Source of the DNA: Acidimicrobiales bacterium | GTDB taxonomy: Bacteria > Actinomycetota > Acidimicrobiia > Acidimicrobiales > AC-9 | Reading direction: 5' to 3' | Assembly (NCBI GenBank): GCA_051984395.1 | Contig: JBPYEZ010000124.1 | Span: 1 to 48,440 of the forward strand | Length of the DNA: 48,440 nt | Shown: piece after piece, positions 34,932 to 44,516 of the stretch | Layout of the letters: every line of letters begins with the position of its first letter | How positions within the stretch are numbered: position 1 is the stretch's first letter | Position numbers and translations under genes: made by a program | Notes under the pieces: generated by a model | Databases searched by the model: none | What the model was told of the DNA's origin: nothing | Seen by the model: the letters and a program-made list of their open reading frames with translations, nothing else

Positions 34932-36058
34932 GGAATGCTCCTTGACGCTCGGTCGACGGTGGTGGCGGCTGTGCTGGCGAGACCCGATGCCGTCGCTTTC
35001 GGATCCACGCCGGCCGCGACGCCGCCGGCGCTGACGTGCACCGGTGCCTGATCAGCCTGCTGCGACGCCGCGTTGGCGTTGGTGAACGTTGCTCCGAGGA
35101 CGGCTCCTCGGCCGGCGGCAGCGGCCTGGCCGGCCGTGGGAGGGACGGCGGGGCCGGCCGGGAGGCGAGCCGAGACCGCCGGGACGGAAGCGACGGGCGC
35201 GCCTGGCGCACCCCCCGGGGGAGGCGGCGGACCCGCCGGACCCGCTGAGGGGCCGTGCGACGCCACGAGTGGCTGTGGACGGGAAGCATGGGCACCGGAG
35301 CCCGTCGCCCCGATGACCAGGGCACCGATCGTGACCACCGACGCCGCGCTACCCAGCACCGGAGCCAGGCGGTGTCCACCCCACTCCTCCATCCGGGCCC
35401 GGATCGACGCGAGCCTGCGATAGGCCCATCCGGCGACCGGGAGGCCGAAGATCGCCCGGCGCTCGTATCCGGCCGTGGTGAGCTCGCGGTGCAGCGCCCG
35501 CCGGGCTCGCCAGAGCAGCGCTTCCACGGCGGTCACCCGCACGCCGTAATGGGTCGCGATGCGGCGGTAGGACCACCCCTGGTACTCCCGGAGGTGCAGC
35601 ACATCCCGGTGACGACCCGTCAGGCGGCCCAGCGCGTCCTGGACCGCGGCCGCGTCCATGGACGCCACCAGCGCCTGCTCTCCGTCGGCCGTCGCGCCGG
35701 GGTCGATGCTCTCGGCGGGCTGGCTGCGGGCTCGGTGGCGGTGGATGTCCAGGCACACCCGCTTGGCGATCACGCTCAGCCACGGGTAGAAGCGCCGATC
35801 CCCGTTCAGGGTCGGAAGCGCCCGCAGCGCTTTGGCAAACGCCTCCTGGGCGGCATCCTCGGCGGTGGCCCGATCACCGAGACAGCGCAGGCATGACCGG
35901 ACCACGCGCCGATAATGTCGGCTGTAGAGCTCGGCGAAGGCGGTCTCGTCCCCCAGCTGGAACCGGTCGACCAGCTCGCGGTCCCCGTCGATGTCGACCT
36001 GATCGAGAGGTGCGGCCAATTCGTCGCCCAGCGGCGCCATGCGCTCAGCCATCGACAC
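34928..36058 (-). CDS. ECF sigma factor with fused TM helix and Pro/Ala-rich tail
   Basis: AFAELYSRH, AEDAAQEAF, FYPWLSVIA, region 4 LREYQGWSYRRIA..VEALLWRARRAL; TM LGSAASVVTIGALVIG. Confidence 0.88.
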   Translation of the reverse strand: MSMAERMAPLGDELAAPLDQVDIDGDRELVDRFQLGDETAFAELYSRHYRRVVRSCLRCLGDRATAEDAAQEAFAKALRALPTLNGDRRFYPWLSVIAKRVCLDIHRHRARSQPAESIDPGATADGEQALVASMDAAAVQDALGRLTGRHRDVLHLREYQGWSYRRIATHYGVRVTAVEALLWRARRALHRELTTAGYERRAIFGLPVAGWAYRRLASIRARMEEWGGHRLAPVLGSAASVVTIGALVIGATGSGAHASRPQPLVASHGPSAGPAGPPPPPGGAPGAPVASVPAVSARLPAGPAVPPTAGQAAAAGRGAVLGATFTNANAASQQADQAPVHVSAGGVAAGVDPKATASGLASTAATTVDRASRSIP

Positions 36059-36321
36059 GGCTCGTCGGGAACCACCACAGCTCGAGCCGCCTTGTCCGCC
36101 GCCCCTGACCGCTTCCCTCGATCACCCAGCCCAGCGCGTACATTTGTCGACGAAACCCCAGCTCACGCACGAGCGCATAATTGTACCCACGGAGCCCGAG
36201 ATCAATCGGTGAAACGCGCTCACTCGATCGGGGGGCGCCGGTAGCTCTCCCGGGATCGTGTTTTTCCGATGCTCGATACGGGGAAGAACCGATCAATCCG
36301 ACTATCGAAGGAGCGGCTTCG

Positions 36322-36612
36322 GTGCTTGACGTGACGTCCTCCGCATCGCTGGTGATCCGTGAGCTGGTATCCAGCAGCAACGCGACCGGTGGCGCCGGTC
36401 TTCGCATCGCCCCGGCCGACGAGCCCGCAGGCGCCTTCGCCCTCAGCGTGGCCCCGGGACCGGAGCAGGACGATCAGGTGGTCCCCATCGAGGACGGCGA
36501 GGTGTTCCTGGAGCCGAGCGCGGCGCAGGCGCTGGACGACAAGACCCTGGACGCCGACGTCGATGCCCAGGGCTCGGTCTCGTTCTCGGTGCTCGATCAG
36601 CCCCCGTCCTGA
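36322..36612 (+). CDS. HesB/IscA-like protein lacking cysteines
   Basis: AAGGAG RBS, VLDVTSSA, AGLRI, DDQVV, VFLE..AAQALDDKTLDA. Confidence 0.78.
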   Translation: MLDVTSSASLVIRELVSSSNATGGAGLRIAPADEPAGAFALSVAPGPEQDDQVVPIEDGEVFLEPSAAQALDDKTLDADVDAQGSVSFSVLDQPPS

Positions 36613-36722
36613 GCCCCGCCGACCCCCCTCACGTCGCCTCGGCCCCCGCCGGGCGCCTCCCGAGCGGGCCCTCATCGGATCCGCCATACTCGTAGCCGGT
36701 CCACTCGTGGGGAGGCGAGGAC

Positions 36723-37085
36723 ATGGCACGAATGGTTCGAATGAGCCTGGACTCACCCGAGGAGACCCGCCCTTTCGAGGCAGGCACCGGGAAGGTCGAC
36801 CTGGTCAATCTCGAGCAGGGCGGCGTCGGTCGGGCGATCTTCCAGCCTGGCTGGCAGTGGTCCAAGCACATCAGGCCGATCGCCAAGACCGAGAGCTGTG
36901 AAGCCGCTCACACCGGCTACTTCATCTCCGGGCGCATGAAGATCGTGATGGACGATGGCGAGGAGATGGAGTTCGGGCCTGGCGACTTCATGATGGCTCC
37001 GCCGGGTCACGACGCCTGGGTCGTCGGCGACGAGCCGTGCGTCGTCATCGACTGGCAGGGATTCGTCGACTACGCCAGGCGGTAG
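36723..37085 (+). CDS. Cupin domain protein
   Basis: FQPGWQWS, CEAAHTGYFISGRM, PPGHDAWVVGDEP; GAGG RBS. Confidence 0.9.
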   Translation: MARMVRMSLDSPEETRPFEAGTGKVDLVNLEQGGVGRAIFQPGWQWSKHIRPIAKTESCEAAHTGYFISGRMKIVMDDGEEMEFGPGDFMMAPPGHDAWVVGDEPCVVIDWQGFVDYARR

Positions 37086-37124
37086 CGCTGCAGAGCAACC
37101 AGCCGTTCGCTACGCTCACGGCCC

Positions 37125-38129
37125 GTGCCGAGCCGTCCTCCCGACGTCGATGCTGACCACCGCCACCCGGGAGCGAACGCCAGGCCGCCCGATCTGGAGG
37201 CGCACCGCCGCGAACTGACCGCGTACTGCTACCGGATGCTCGGATCCGGGTTCGAGGCCGAGGATGCCGTGCAGGAGACCATGGTCCGCGCCTGGCAGCA
37301 CCTCGACCAGTTCGAGGGCCGTTCGGCGTTGCGCTCCTGGCTCTACCGCATCGCGACCAACGTCTGCCTCGACATGCTGCGCGGACCGCAGCGCCGGGCG
37401 CGACCGATGGACCTCGGCCCCTCGGCTCCGGCGGACTCGCCACTCGGACCCGTCGTACCGGAGCACGCCTGGGTCCAGCCGGTGGCGGACGCGAGGGTCC
37501 TTCCCTCCGACGGCGATCCAGCCGAGCTGGCGGCCTCCCGCGAGTCGGTCCGTCTCGCCTTCGTGGCCGCCCTCCAGCACCTGCCTCCCCGGCAGCGAGC
37601 AGTGCTGATCCTTCGGGAGGTCCTGCGATGGCACGCTGACGAGGTGGCCGAGCTGCTCGACACGAGCGTGGCGTCGGTCAACAGCGCCCTCCAGCGGGCA
37701 CGAGCCACGCTCGCCACGCGAGAGCTCGACGACTCGGCGGGGCCGATCCAGGTCGAGCCCGAGCAGCGCGAGCTGCTCGCCCGTTACGTGGACGCCTTCG
37801 AGCGTTACGACGTGTCCTCGCTCGTGAAGCTCCTGCATGACGAGGCCGCGTTTACCATGCCGCCGTACACGCTCTGGCTGCGCGGACCCGCCGAGATCGG
37901 CCAGTTCTATCTCGGCCAGGGCATCGGGTGCCGAGGGTCGAGGCTCGTGGCCACGTCGGCCAACGGCTGCCCCGCCTTCGGGGCCTACAAGCCGAGCGGA
38001 ACGGACACCCTCGACCCGTGGGCCATCCAGGTCATCGAGACCGCTGACGGCCGGATCACGGGGCTCCACCACTTCCTGTACCCCGAGCTCTTCGAGGCAT
38101 TCGGCCTGCCCGCCCACCTCGACGCATAG
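37125..38129 (+). CDS. ECF sigma factor, SigG-like, with C-terminal SnoaL-like domain
   Basis: ELTAYCYRMLGS.FEAEDAVQET, WLYRIATNVCLD, LAFVAALQHLPPRQRAVL, YVDAFERYD, MPP, ANGCPAF. Confidence 0.92.
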   Translation: MPSRPPDVDADHRHPGANARPPDLEAHRRELTAYCYRMLGSGFEAEDAVQETMVRAWQHLDQFEGRSALRSWLYRIATNVCLDMLRGPQRRARPMDLGPSAPADSPLGPVVPEHAWVQPVADARVLPSDGDPAELAASRESVRLAFVAALQHLPPRQRAVLILREVLRWHADEVAELLDTSVASVNSALQRARATLATRELDDSAGPIQVEPEQRELLARYVDAFERYDVSSLVKLLHDEAAFTMPPYTLWLRGPAEIGQFYLGQGIGCRGSRLVATSANGCPAFGAYKPSGTDTLDPWAIQVIETADGRITGLHHFLYPELFEAFGLPAHLDA

Positions 38130-38169
38130 GTCGTCGCCGGGGGCGCCTGCGGCCGCAGCACCCATATGG

Positions 38170-38181
38170 GAACATGTGTTC
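38170..38181. promoter_or_regulatory. LexA (SOS) box overlapping the dinB start
   Basis: GAAC-ATGT-GTTC matches the Gram-positive/actinobacterial GAAC-N4-GTTC consensus. Confidence 0.85.
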
Positions 38182-39372
38182 GTGTCCGGCGAAGGGCCGA
38201 TCCTCCACGCCGACCTCGACGCCTTCTACGCGTCGGTCGAGCAACGTGACGATCCTCGCCTCCGCGGCCACCCGGTCATCGTCGGGACGGGGGTCGTGCT
38301 GGCGGCCAGCTACGAGGCCAAGTCGCAGGGGATCCGCACGGCGATGGGTGGCGCCCAGGCCCGCCGACTCTGCCCCCACGCTGTCGTGGTCCAGCCCCGG
38401 ATGTCGGCCTACGCGGAGGCCAGCAAAGCCGTCTTCCAGGTCTTCGACGACACGTCCCCCCTGGTCGAAGGCCTGTCCATCGACGAGGCATTCCTCGACG
38501 TGGGCGGGCTGCGCAGGACCTCGGGCACGCCGACCGAGATCGCCGTGCGCCTACGGGCCGAGGTCCGCGATCGCGTCGGACTTCCGATCACCGTCGGGGT
38601 GGCGAGGACGAAGTTCCTGGCCAAGGTAGCGAGTGGCGTGGCCAAGCCCGATGGCCTGCTGGTCGTGCCGCCAGAGGGCGAGCTGGCCTTTCTCCATCCG
38701 CTCCCGGTGGAACGCTTGTGGGGCGTCGGACCGGTTACGGCCGACAAGCTCCGCCAGCGGGGCCTCACGACGGTCGGCGAGGTCGCCCAGCTCGGCGAGG
38801 ACGTGCTCGTCTCGATGCTCGGACGGGCGTCGGGCCGACACCTCGGCGACCTCGCTCGGGGCCGCGATCCCCGCCCGGTGGAGGTGGGCCGGCGTCGGCG
38901 CTCCGTCGGGTCGCAGCGGGCCCTGGGCCGTTCGAGGACCTCGCCCGACGTCCTCGACGCGGCGGTCGTCGGTCTCGTCGACCGAGTCACTCGTCGGCTG
39001 CGAGCCTCCGGGCGGACCGGTCGCACCGTCGTGCTCCGGTTGCGCTTCGACGACTTCTCCCGAGCCACCCGGTCCCGCACGCTCGAGTGGGCCACCGCCG
39101 ACACGCAGACGATCCTGGCAACGGCGCGAGCGCTGCAGCACACGGCGATGCCGTTGATCGAGCGTCAGGGCCTCACGCTCGTGGGGGTTGCGGTCGGTGA
39201 CCTCGACGACGGCGGGACCGTCCAGCTGCCGCTCCCGCTCGGGCGACAGCTCGGAGGTACCCTCGACGCCACGCTCGACAGCGTTCGTGACCGCTTTGGC
39301 TCAGCTGCCGTCACTCGAGCGGTGCTGCTCGGGCGCGACCCGGGACTGTCAGTGCCGCTGCTACCGGACTGA
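38176..39372 (+). CDS. dinB: DNA polymerase IV (Y family)
   Basis: ILHADLDAFYASVE, AASYEA, SIDEAFLD, KFLAKVAS..AKPDG, LWGVG; GTG 38176 or 38182. Confidence 0.95.
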   Translation: MFVSGEGPILHADLDAFYASVEQRDDPRLRGHPVIVGTGVVLAASYEAKSQGIRTAMGGAQARRLCPHAVVVQPRMSAYAEASKAVFQVFDDTSPLVEGLSIDEAFLDVGGLRRTSGTPTEIAVRLRAEVRDRVGLPITVGVARTKFLAKVASGVAKPDGLLVVPPEGELAFLHPLPVERLWGVGPVTADKLRQRGLTTVGEVAQLGEDVLVSMLGRASGRHLGDLARGRDPRPVEVGRRRRSVGSQRALGRSRTSPDVLDAAVVGLVDRVTRRLRASGRTGRTVVLRLRFDDFSRATRSRTLEWATADTQTILATARALQHTAMPLIERQGLTLVGVAVGDLDDGGTVQLPLPLGRQLGGTLDATLDSVRDRFGSAAVTRAVLLGRDPGLSVPLLPD

Positions 39373-39406
39373 TGCTTCGCCGGGTCGGTCACCGCGGCCC
39401 ATCGAC

Positions 39407-39817
39407 CTACCAGGCGCGGACCCTGGAGGGTGTGATGCGGATGCTGCTCGAGTAGTTCCGACGCAGCTCCTCGGGAGTGGTCTGCATCGTGCGGATCGCC
39501 TGGTCGTATTTCGCCAGGTAGGCGGCCACACGTTCGGGCGGCGGATCCCCGTCGATGACCTCGGCGACACCCTCGATGCTGAGGACGTTGCCTCCTCGGC
39601 CGTCTCCGTCGAGATGGAACGACACCCTGGGATTGGCTCGGATGTTCCGGAGCTTGGCCGCGCTCGGCTGGCTGGCCACGAGCAGGTCCGTCCGGTCGTA
39701 GTGGAACCAGACGTAGGACGACTGTGGTTGCCCATCCGCTCGCACGGTCGTCAGCCAGGCGACCGGCGTCGAGCTGAGCCGCTGGTCAGACGCCGAACCG
39801 GGCTCGATGGTCGACAT
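39407..39817 (-). CDS. PPOX-class (probably F420-dependent) oxidoreductase
   Basis: VAWLTTVRADGQPQSSYVWF, KLRNIRANPRVS, YLAKY. Confidence 0.88.
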   Translation of the reverse strand: MSTIEPGSASDQRLSSTPVAWLTTVRADGQPQSSYVWFHYDRTDLLVASQPSAAKLRNIRANPRVSFHLDGDGRGGNVLSIEGVAEVIDGDPPPERVAAYLAKYDQAIRTMQTTPEELRRNYSSSIRITPSRVRAW

Positions 39818-39886
39818 GTCGCAACGCTAACCCCCGTCCGCCGCGCACGTCGGGTCGGGGACGATCACAGGGCCCCGATCAGTCGC

Positions 39887-41110
39887 TCAACCGCCATGGA
39901 TTGTGGCGACTGACGTGGCGTGGGCGTGCGCACCGCCCTCGGTACGGCCATGGGCCGGCTCGGGGGCGCCGCCCATGTGGCGCAACATCGGCAACCCGCC
40001 GGTGCGTACGAACCGGTACACCAACAACGCCGCCAGGACGAGAAACACGATGTTGAGGACGCTGGTGTAGTTGAGGGTGATCGACGCCTCCCCGACGTTG
40101 GCGTGGCGACCGCTGGGGATGAGGCCGATCGCCCCGAAGAGGAACTCGACGACGTACGCGGCCATGACCATGGTGGCGTAGAAGGTGCCCAGAATGAACA
40201 GCATCATCCGTGTGCCGTAGTACTTCCGGTAGATCGCCAGGATCGGCAGGATGATCAGATCGGCGAAGATGAACGCCACGACGCCACCGAAGCTGATCCC
40301 GCCGTTCCAGAGGACGCCGGCCAGCGGCACGTTGCCGATCGAGCAGACGAAGCTGATGACGCTCACCACCGGACCGATCACCGGCCCCCAGAGCTTGGCG
40401 CCCAGCGGGTGGCTCGTCAGGAAGAAGTGACGCCAGAACGAGTCGGGGACCCACGCACCAATGGCCCCCGCGATGAGCAGGCCCAGCACGACGTCCCTGA
40501 TCACCGCCGCCCACTCCATGACGAAGATGTGCGAGACGGCCGTCGACGCACCGGACGACCGCAGCCGTCGCCAGATCGGGCCCGAGGCGTTGATGCTCAT
40601 GTCCATGGCCGCGTGCCCCTCCATGGACCCGGCCAGGCCCCGATCCGCCTGCTCGCGAGCTGACTCCAGCAGACGCTTGCGCAGGAACAGGCGAAACGCC
40701 ACCGCCAGCAGCACGATCATGATCGGCCCACCCACGAACTCCGCCACGGTGAACTGCCAGGCGATGAGCAGGGCCAGGATGATGCCGAGCTCCACCACCA
40801 GGTTCGTGGACGCGATCTCGAAGGCCATGGCCGCGGTGAAGCTGGCCCCTTTCCGGAACAGCGATCGGGCCAGGGCCACGGCGGCGTACGAGCAGGAGGA
40901 TGAGGCAGACCCCAGACCGCATGCCACGGCCAGGGTCCTCGGCCGGTCGTCGCCCAGGAGCTTCACGACCTCGCTCTTGCGCACGACGGCTTGGACCACG
41001 GCGGCCAGCGCGAACCCGAGGATCAAGGCCCACAGGATCTCCCACGTCATCGACCCGGCCAGGCTCAGCGCGTGACCGATCCCGTTCAGGACGCTCGTCC
41101 CCAAGATCAT
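39887..41110 (-). CDS. Permease (ArsP/DUF318-like), probable metal transporter
   Basis: SSSCSYAA, ASTNLVVELG, MEGHAAMDM, FVCSIGNVPLA; ATGA overlap with the regulator. Confidence 0.85.
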   Translation of the reverse strand: MILGTSVLNGIGHALSLAGSMTWEILWALILGFALAAVVQAVVRKSEVVKLLGDDRPRTLAVACGLGSASSSCSYAAVALARSLFRKGASFTAAMAFEIASTNLVVELGIILALLIAWQFTVAEFVGGPIMIVLLAVAFRLFLRKRLLESAREQADRGLAGSMEGHAAMDMSINASGPIWRRLRSSGASTAVSHIFVMEWAAVIRDVVLGLLIAGAIGAWVPDSFWRHFFLTSHPLGAKLWGPVIGPVVSVISFVCSIGNVPLAGVLWNGGISFGGVVAFIFADLIILPILAIYRKYYGTRMMLFILGTFYATMVMAAYVVEFLFGAIGLIPSGRHANVGEASITLNYTSVLNIVFLVLAALLVYRFVRTGGLPMLRHMGGAPEPAHGRTEGGAHAHATSVATIHGG

Positions 41111-41388
41111 GAGCGCACGAGCCGCTCGATGGCCTCGGTGGCCTCCCGCACCTTGTCCTGGGCGTCCGGACCACCGCTGGCGAGGGCGTCCTGCACGCAG
41201 TTGGCGAGGTGATCACCCAGCAGCTCGAGGGCCACGCCCTGCAGGGCCCGCGTGACGGCCGACATCTGGGTGAGCACGTCGATGCAATAGGCATCCTCGT
41301 CCACCATGCGCTGGAGCCCCCGAACCTGGCCCTCGACCCGCCGGAGGCGCACCTTCACCCGCTCCTTGTTGCCTGCATACCCGGGCAT
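41107..41388 (-). CDS. csoR: CsoR/RcnR metal-sensing repressor
   Basis: RLRRVEGQVRGLQRMV, YCIDVL, HLANCV (Cys-His-Cys ligands); GGAGG RBS. Confidence 0.88.
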   Translation of the reverse strand: MPGYAGNKERVKVRLRRVEGQVRGLQRMVDEDAYCIDVLTQMSAVTRALQGVALELLGDHLANCVQDALASGGPDAQDKVREATEAIERLVRS

Positions 41389-41428
41389 CCCGCCCTCCTC
41401 GGCCGTCTCGAACTATCGGACCTCAGCA

Positions 41429-41449
41429 CTATACCCCAGTAGGGTATAG
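41429..41449. promoter_or_regulatory. CsoR operator
   Basis: Perfect inverted repeat CTATACCC-CAGTA-GGGTATAG about 40 nt upstream of csoR; TATAC flanks with C/G tracts. Confidence 0.85.
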
Positions 41450-41591
41450 GACGCCACGAGCTGAGAGGCCCGATGGGGTGATCCCCCCGGCACCGGCCTC
41501 GACGTCGTCGGCGTGCCCGGGTGCGCCACGCCACCGGCGGGTGGGCTGGCACCGCTTCGACTGGACCCGCCCGGTGCTCGGCGAGCTGGCT

Positions 41592-42305
41592 CTACAGGCC
41601 CTTCGGGAACGTGAAGGACTTCGGCGGAACCGACGGAGAGCCGACGTTCAGCTGGATCAGAGCATGAGCGTTGAGCGGGATGGAGCGGGGATCACCCTTG
41701 TACTGCTTCCCGTTGACGTAGGCGGTGACGGTGCCGAGGGCGGTGCTCACCTGGGTGGAGCTCAGCGGCTGCTGCCAGATGTCGAAGAAGTTGCCCAACG
41801 TGTAGATCTTGGGCGTTGGTGACTCGATGTGGATGATGCCGTCCTGGGTGTGGGTGTGCAGCCAGTAGAAGCAGCTGCCCGAGGCGATGAAGGGACCCTC
41901 CGACGAGTTCTGCTCGCTGGTCGGCGGCATGATGCCGATGCCCCGGGGGACAGCCTTCAAGGCGCCGTTCGAATAGACGGCGATGTGCGCGTGGATGTGA
42001 TAGGCCACCTGCTCACCCGACTGACAGGCGATGCCGTCGACGGGCTGGCCGTTGGCCTGGCCCTGCGTCGAGGCCAGCAGAGGCGCCTTCAGCGGATCGT
42101 TCGACGGCGAGCTGGGCTTCTGGGCGGTCGACGCGCTGGCGGGATGCGCCCGCTGATAGCGGCTGAAGCCAACCGTCGCGGCACCCAGGAGGGCGATGAG
42201 GATGAGGAGGGTGTAGAAGCCGACCGGTGCTTTGCCCCGCTTCGTGCGCCCCCCGCCCGTGGCGGCGGCGCGGGCGACCCGCCTTCCAGGTGAACGCTTG
42301 GCCAT
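41592..42305 (-). CDS. Membrane-anchored protein with His motifs
   Basis: Basic N-terminus, one TM helix, YHIHAH, CFYWLHTHTQDGIIHIES, YTLGNFFDIW. Confidence 0.78.
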   Translation of the reverse strand: MAKRSPGRRVARAAATGGGRTKRGKAPVGFYTLLILIALLGAATVGFSRYQRAHPASASTAQKPSSPSNDPLKAPLLASTQGQANGQPVDGIACQSGEQVAYHIHAHIAVYSNGALKAVPRGIGIMPPTSEQNSSEGPFIASGSCFYWLHTHTQDGIIHIESPTPKIYTLGNFFDIWQQPLSSTQVSTALGTVTAYVNGKQYKGDPRSIPLNAHALIQLNVGSPSVPPKSFTFPKGL

Positions 42306-42401
42306 GACCCCGCGATGCTAGCCAGAGATCCGGCCGTATCGGCACCGCGTACGTCCTGCTCAGGACCGGTCAATCACCGCCGCGCCGGTCTGCTTCTGCG
42401 T

Positions 42402-44363
42402 TCAGGAGGATTGTGCGAGGGCCGCCTCGTTCTCGATCGGCACCGGCTCGATGGCGTCGGCCGGCTCGAACCCCAGCACCCTTCCGTAGAACCAGAGCTC
42501 GGCCTCGATGACCCTGGTGATCGTGTCCGCCCTGCGGAAGCCGTGCTGCTCGCCCTCGAAGATCAAGAGCGCGAACGGCAGGCCCTTGACCTTCAGGGCC
42601 TCGGCCAGGGTGACGGCCTGGTCCGGCGGTACCACCTTGTCCTCGGCCCCCTGGAACAGGATCAGCGGGCAGCTCAGGCGGTCCGTGTGGTGGATCGGCG
42701 ACCGCTCGGCGTAGAGCGCCTCCGCCTCGGGCCACGGTCCGATGAGGCCGTCGAGGTAGCGCGCCTCGAACTTGTGGGTCTCCCGGGCCAGGGCGGCGGC
42801 GTCGGCCACGCCGTAGTGGCTGGCCCCCACAGCAAAGACGTCTCGAAAGGTGAGCGCGGCCAACGTCGTGTACCCGCCGGCGCTTCCCCCCCGGATGGCC
42901 AGGCGCTCCCGGTCAGCCTCCCCCTGATCCGCCAGCCAGAGCGCGGCGTGCACGCAGTCATCGACGTCCACGATCCCCCACCGGTCGCGGAGGCGCTGTC
43001 GGTAGGCCCGTCCGTAGCCCGTGCTGCCTCCGTAGTTGACGTCCACGACGGCCACACCCCGGCTGGTGAAGTACTGGACGGTCAGGTTGAGGACGGACGA
43101 GGTGGCGGACGTCGGCCCGCCATGGCTCATCACGACCAGGGGCGGCCGCTCCCCGGGCGGGCCCTCGAAGTCGCGGTTCGCCGGCGGATAGAACAAGGCG
43201 TGGGCTGTCAGCCCGCCACCGGTGGGGAACTCGATGGGTCGAGGCACCGACACGTATCCGGGGTCCACCATGCGCTCCCTGCTGCGCTTCAGGACCTCGA
43301 CGGCGCCGTCGGTCACGGCGATGCGGACGACTGCGGGAGACTCCGTCGCCGAGCCGGCCACGGCCACGACTCCGTCACCCTGGGCGACCAGCCCCGAGAA
43401 CGCGTCGTAGGGCGTCGAGATCTCGCGTAGGCCGTCGGTGCCCACCTCACCGAGATGGCCCTGGCCGCCCTCCGACCAGGCCACCACCAGCCGGCCGTCG
43501 GCCAAGAAGGCGTAGGTCGACTGCCCGAAGACCCAGTCCGGCCCGCCGAACTCGGCCTCCCTGGCACACAGCGGGCGGCCATCGACGCCGTCGTCGGCGT
43601 AGATGTTCCACCAGTCCGTCCGATCCGACAGGAAGTGCAGGACCGCTCCGGGGCTCCACCTGGGCTGGCTGATCGACTCGTCGACGCCTCCGGCAACCAG
43701 CCGGGCCGGACCGACTTCCATCCGCGGGCTCAGATCGGCCACGAACAGGTCGGTGCCGTCCCAGGGCATGTTGGGGTGGTCCCAGGCCAGCCAGGCCAGC
43801 TGTTTCCCATCCGGGCTCACCCGCGGTGCGCTGAAGAAGTCGCGACCCCCGGCGAGCGTGTGCGGAGCGGCTGATCCGTCGATCGGGAACGCCACCACCT
43901 CGTTGACCACGTCCCGGACGTCTTCGGGCGCACCGCCGGGATGCCGTTCCCTGACCGCCACGACCCAGCGGCCGTCCGGTGAGACGCAGAGATCCGCGTA
44001 CCGCTCCGCCAGCGGCACCTGCGGCTCCGGGGTCACCGGGGTCGGCTGACCGCCGGGGTCGATCCGCCAGACGCGTTGGTCGGCGAAATTCGAGAACAGT
44101 GCCGTCTCACCGGCCAGGGCGGTGCAAAGGCCTCCGTACTCGTGGACGAGCGTCCGGGCCGAGTAACCCGCAGGCAGCACGTCGGCCGTGTGCCCATCGC
44201 GGCCTCGGCGAACGAGGACCTGCCGGCCTCCCTCGGACGGCCGAGACTCGGTCCATGCCACCGTTCCGTCGCTGACCAGCGGAAAGCTGAGACCCACGAC
44301 CGCCTCGACCAGCCAGCCCGAGCTGATCGGGGATCGCCACGAGCCATACGGCGTCACTGTCAT
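42402..44363 (-). CDS. S9 family peptidase
   Basis: PYGSWRSPI, HEYGG, HPNMPWD, HGGPT, GGSAGG nucleophile, EDKVV, GEQHGF. Confidence 0.94.
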   Translation of the reverse strand: MTVTPYGSWRSPISSGWLVEAVVGLSFPLVSDGTVAWTESRPSEGGRQVLVRRGRDGHTADVLPAGYSARTLVHEYGGLCTALAGETALFSNFADQRVWRIDPGGQPTPVTPEPQVPLAERYADLCVSPDGRWVVAVRERHPGGAPEDVRDVVNEVVAFPIDGSAAPHTLAGGRDFFSAPRVSPDGKQLAWLAWDHPNMPWDGTDLFVADLSPRMEVGPARLVAGGVDESISQPRWSPGAVLHFLSDRTDWWNIYADDGVDGRPLCAREAEFGGPDWVFGQSTYAFLADGRLVVAWSEGGQGHLGEVGTDGLREISTPYDAFSGLVAQGDGVVAVAGSATESPAVVRIAVTDGAVEVLKRSRERMVDPGYVSVPRPIEFPTGGGLTAHALFYPPANRDFEGPPGERPPLVVMSHGGPTSATSSVLNLTVQYFTSRGVAVVDVNYGGSTGYGRAYRQRLRDRWGIVDVDDCVHAALWLADQGEADRERLAIRGGSAGGYTTLAALTFRDVFAVGASHYGVADAAALARETHKFEARYLDGLIGPWPEAEALYAERSPIHHTDRLSCPLILFQGAEDKVVPPDQAVTLAEALKVKGLPFALLIFEGEQHGFRRADTITRVIEAELWFYGRVLGFEPADAIEPVPIENEAALAQSS

Positions 44364-44516
44364 GGACCCGATCCTAGGTAGGGCTCGACCAGTCCCCCAC
44401 CCGAGGCGCTACCGCCGACCGCTCTGCTGACCTCGGACCCTGATGAACTTTACGTGCGCCGCGATCGCCGCCCCTCGAGCGTGCTCGAAGCCCGTCGGGA
44501 AACAGCGCGACAGCTC

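Noticed and set aside
36322-36612. Functional A-type Fe-S carrier
   Set aside because: The protein has no cysteines; it fits the Cys-less HesB-like proteins common in actinobacteria
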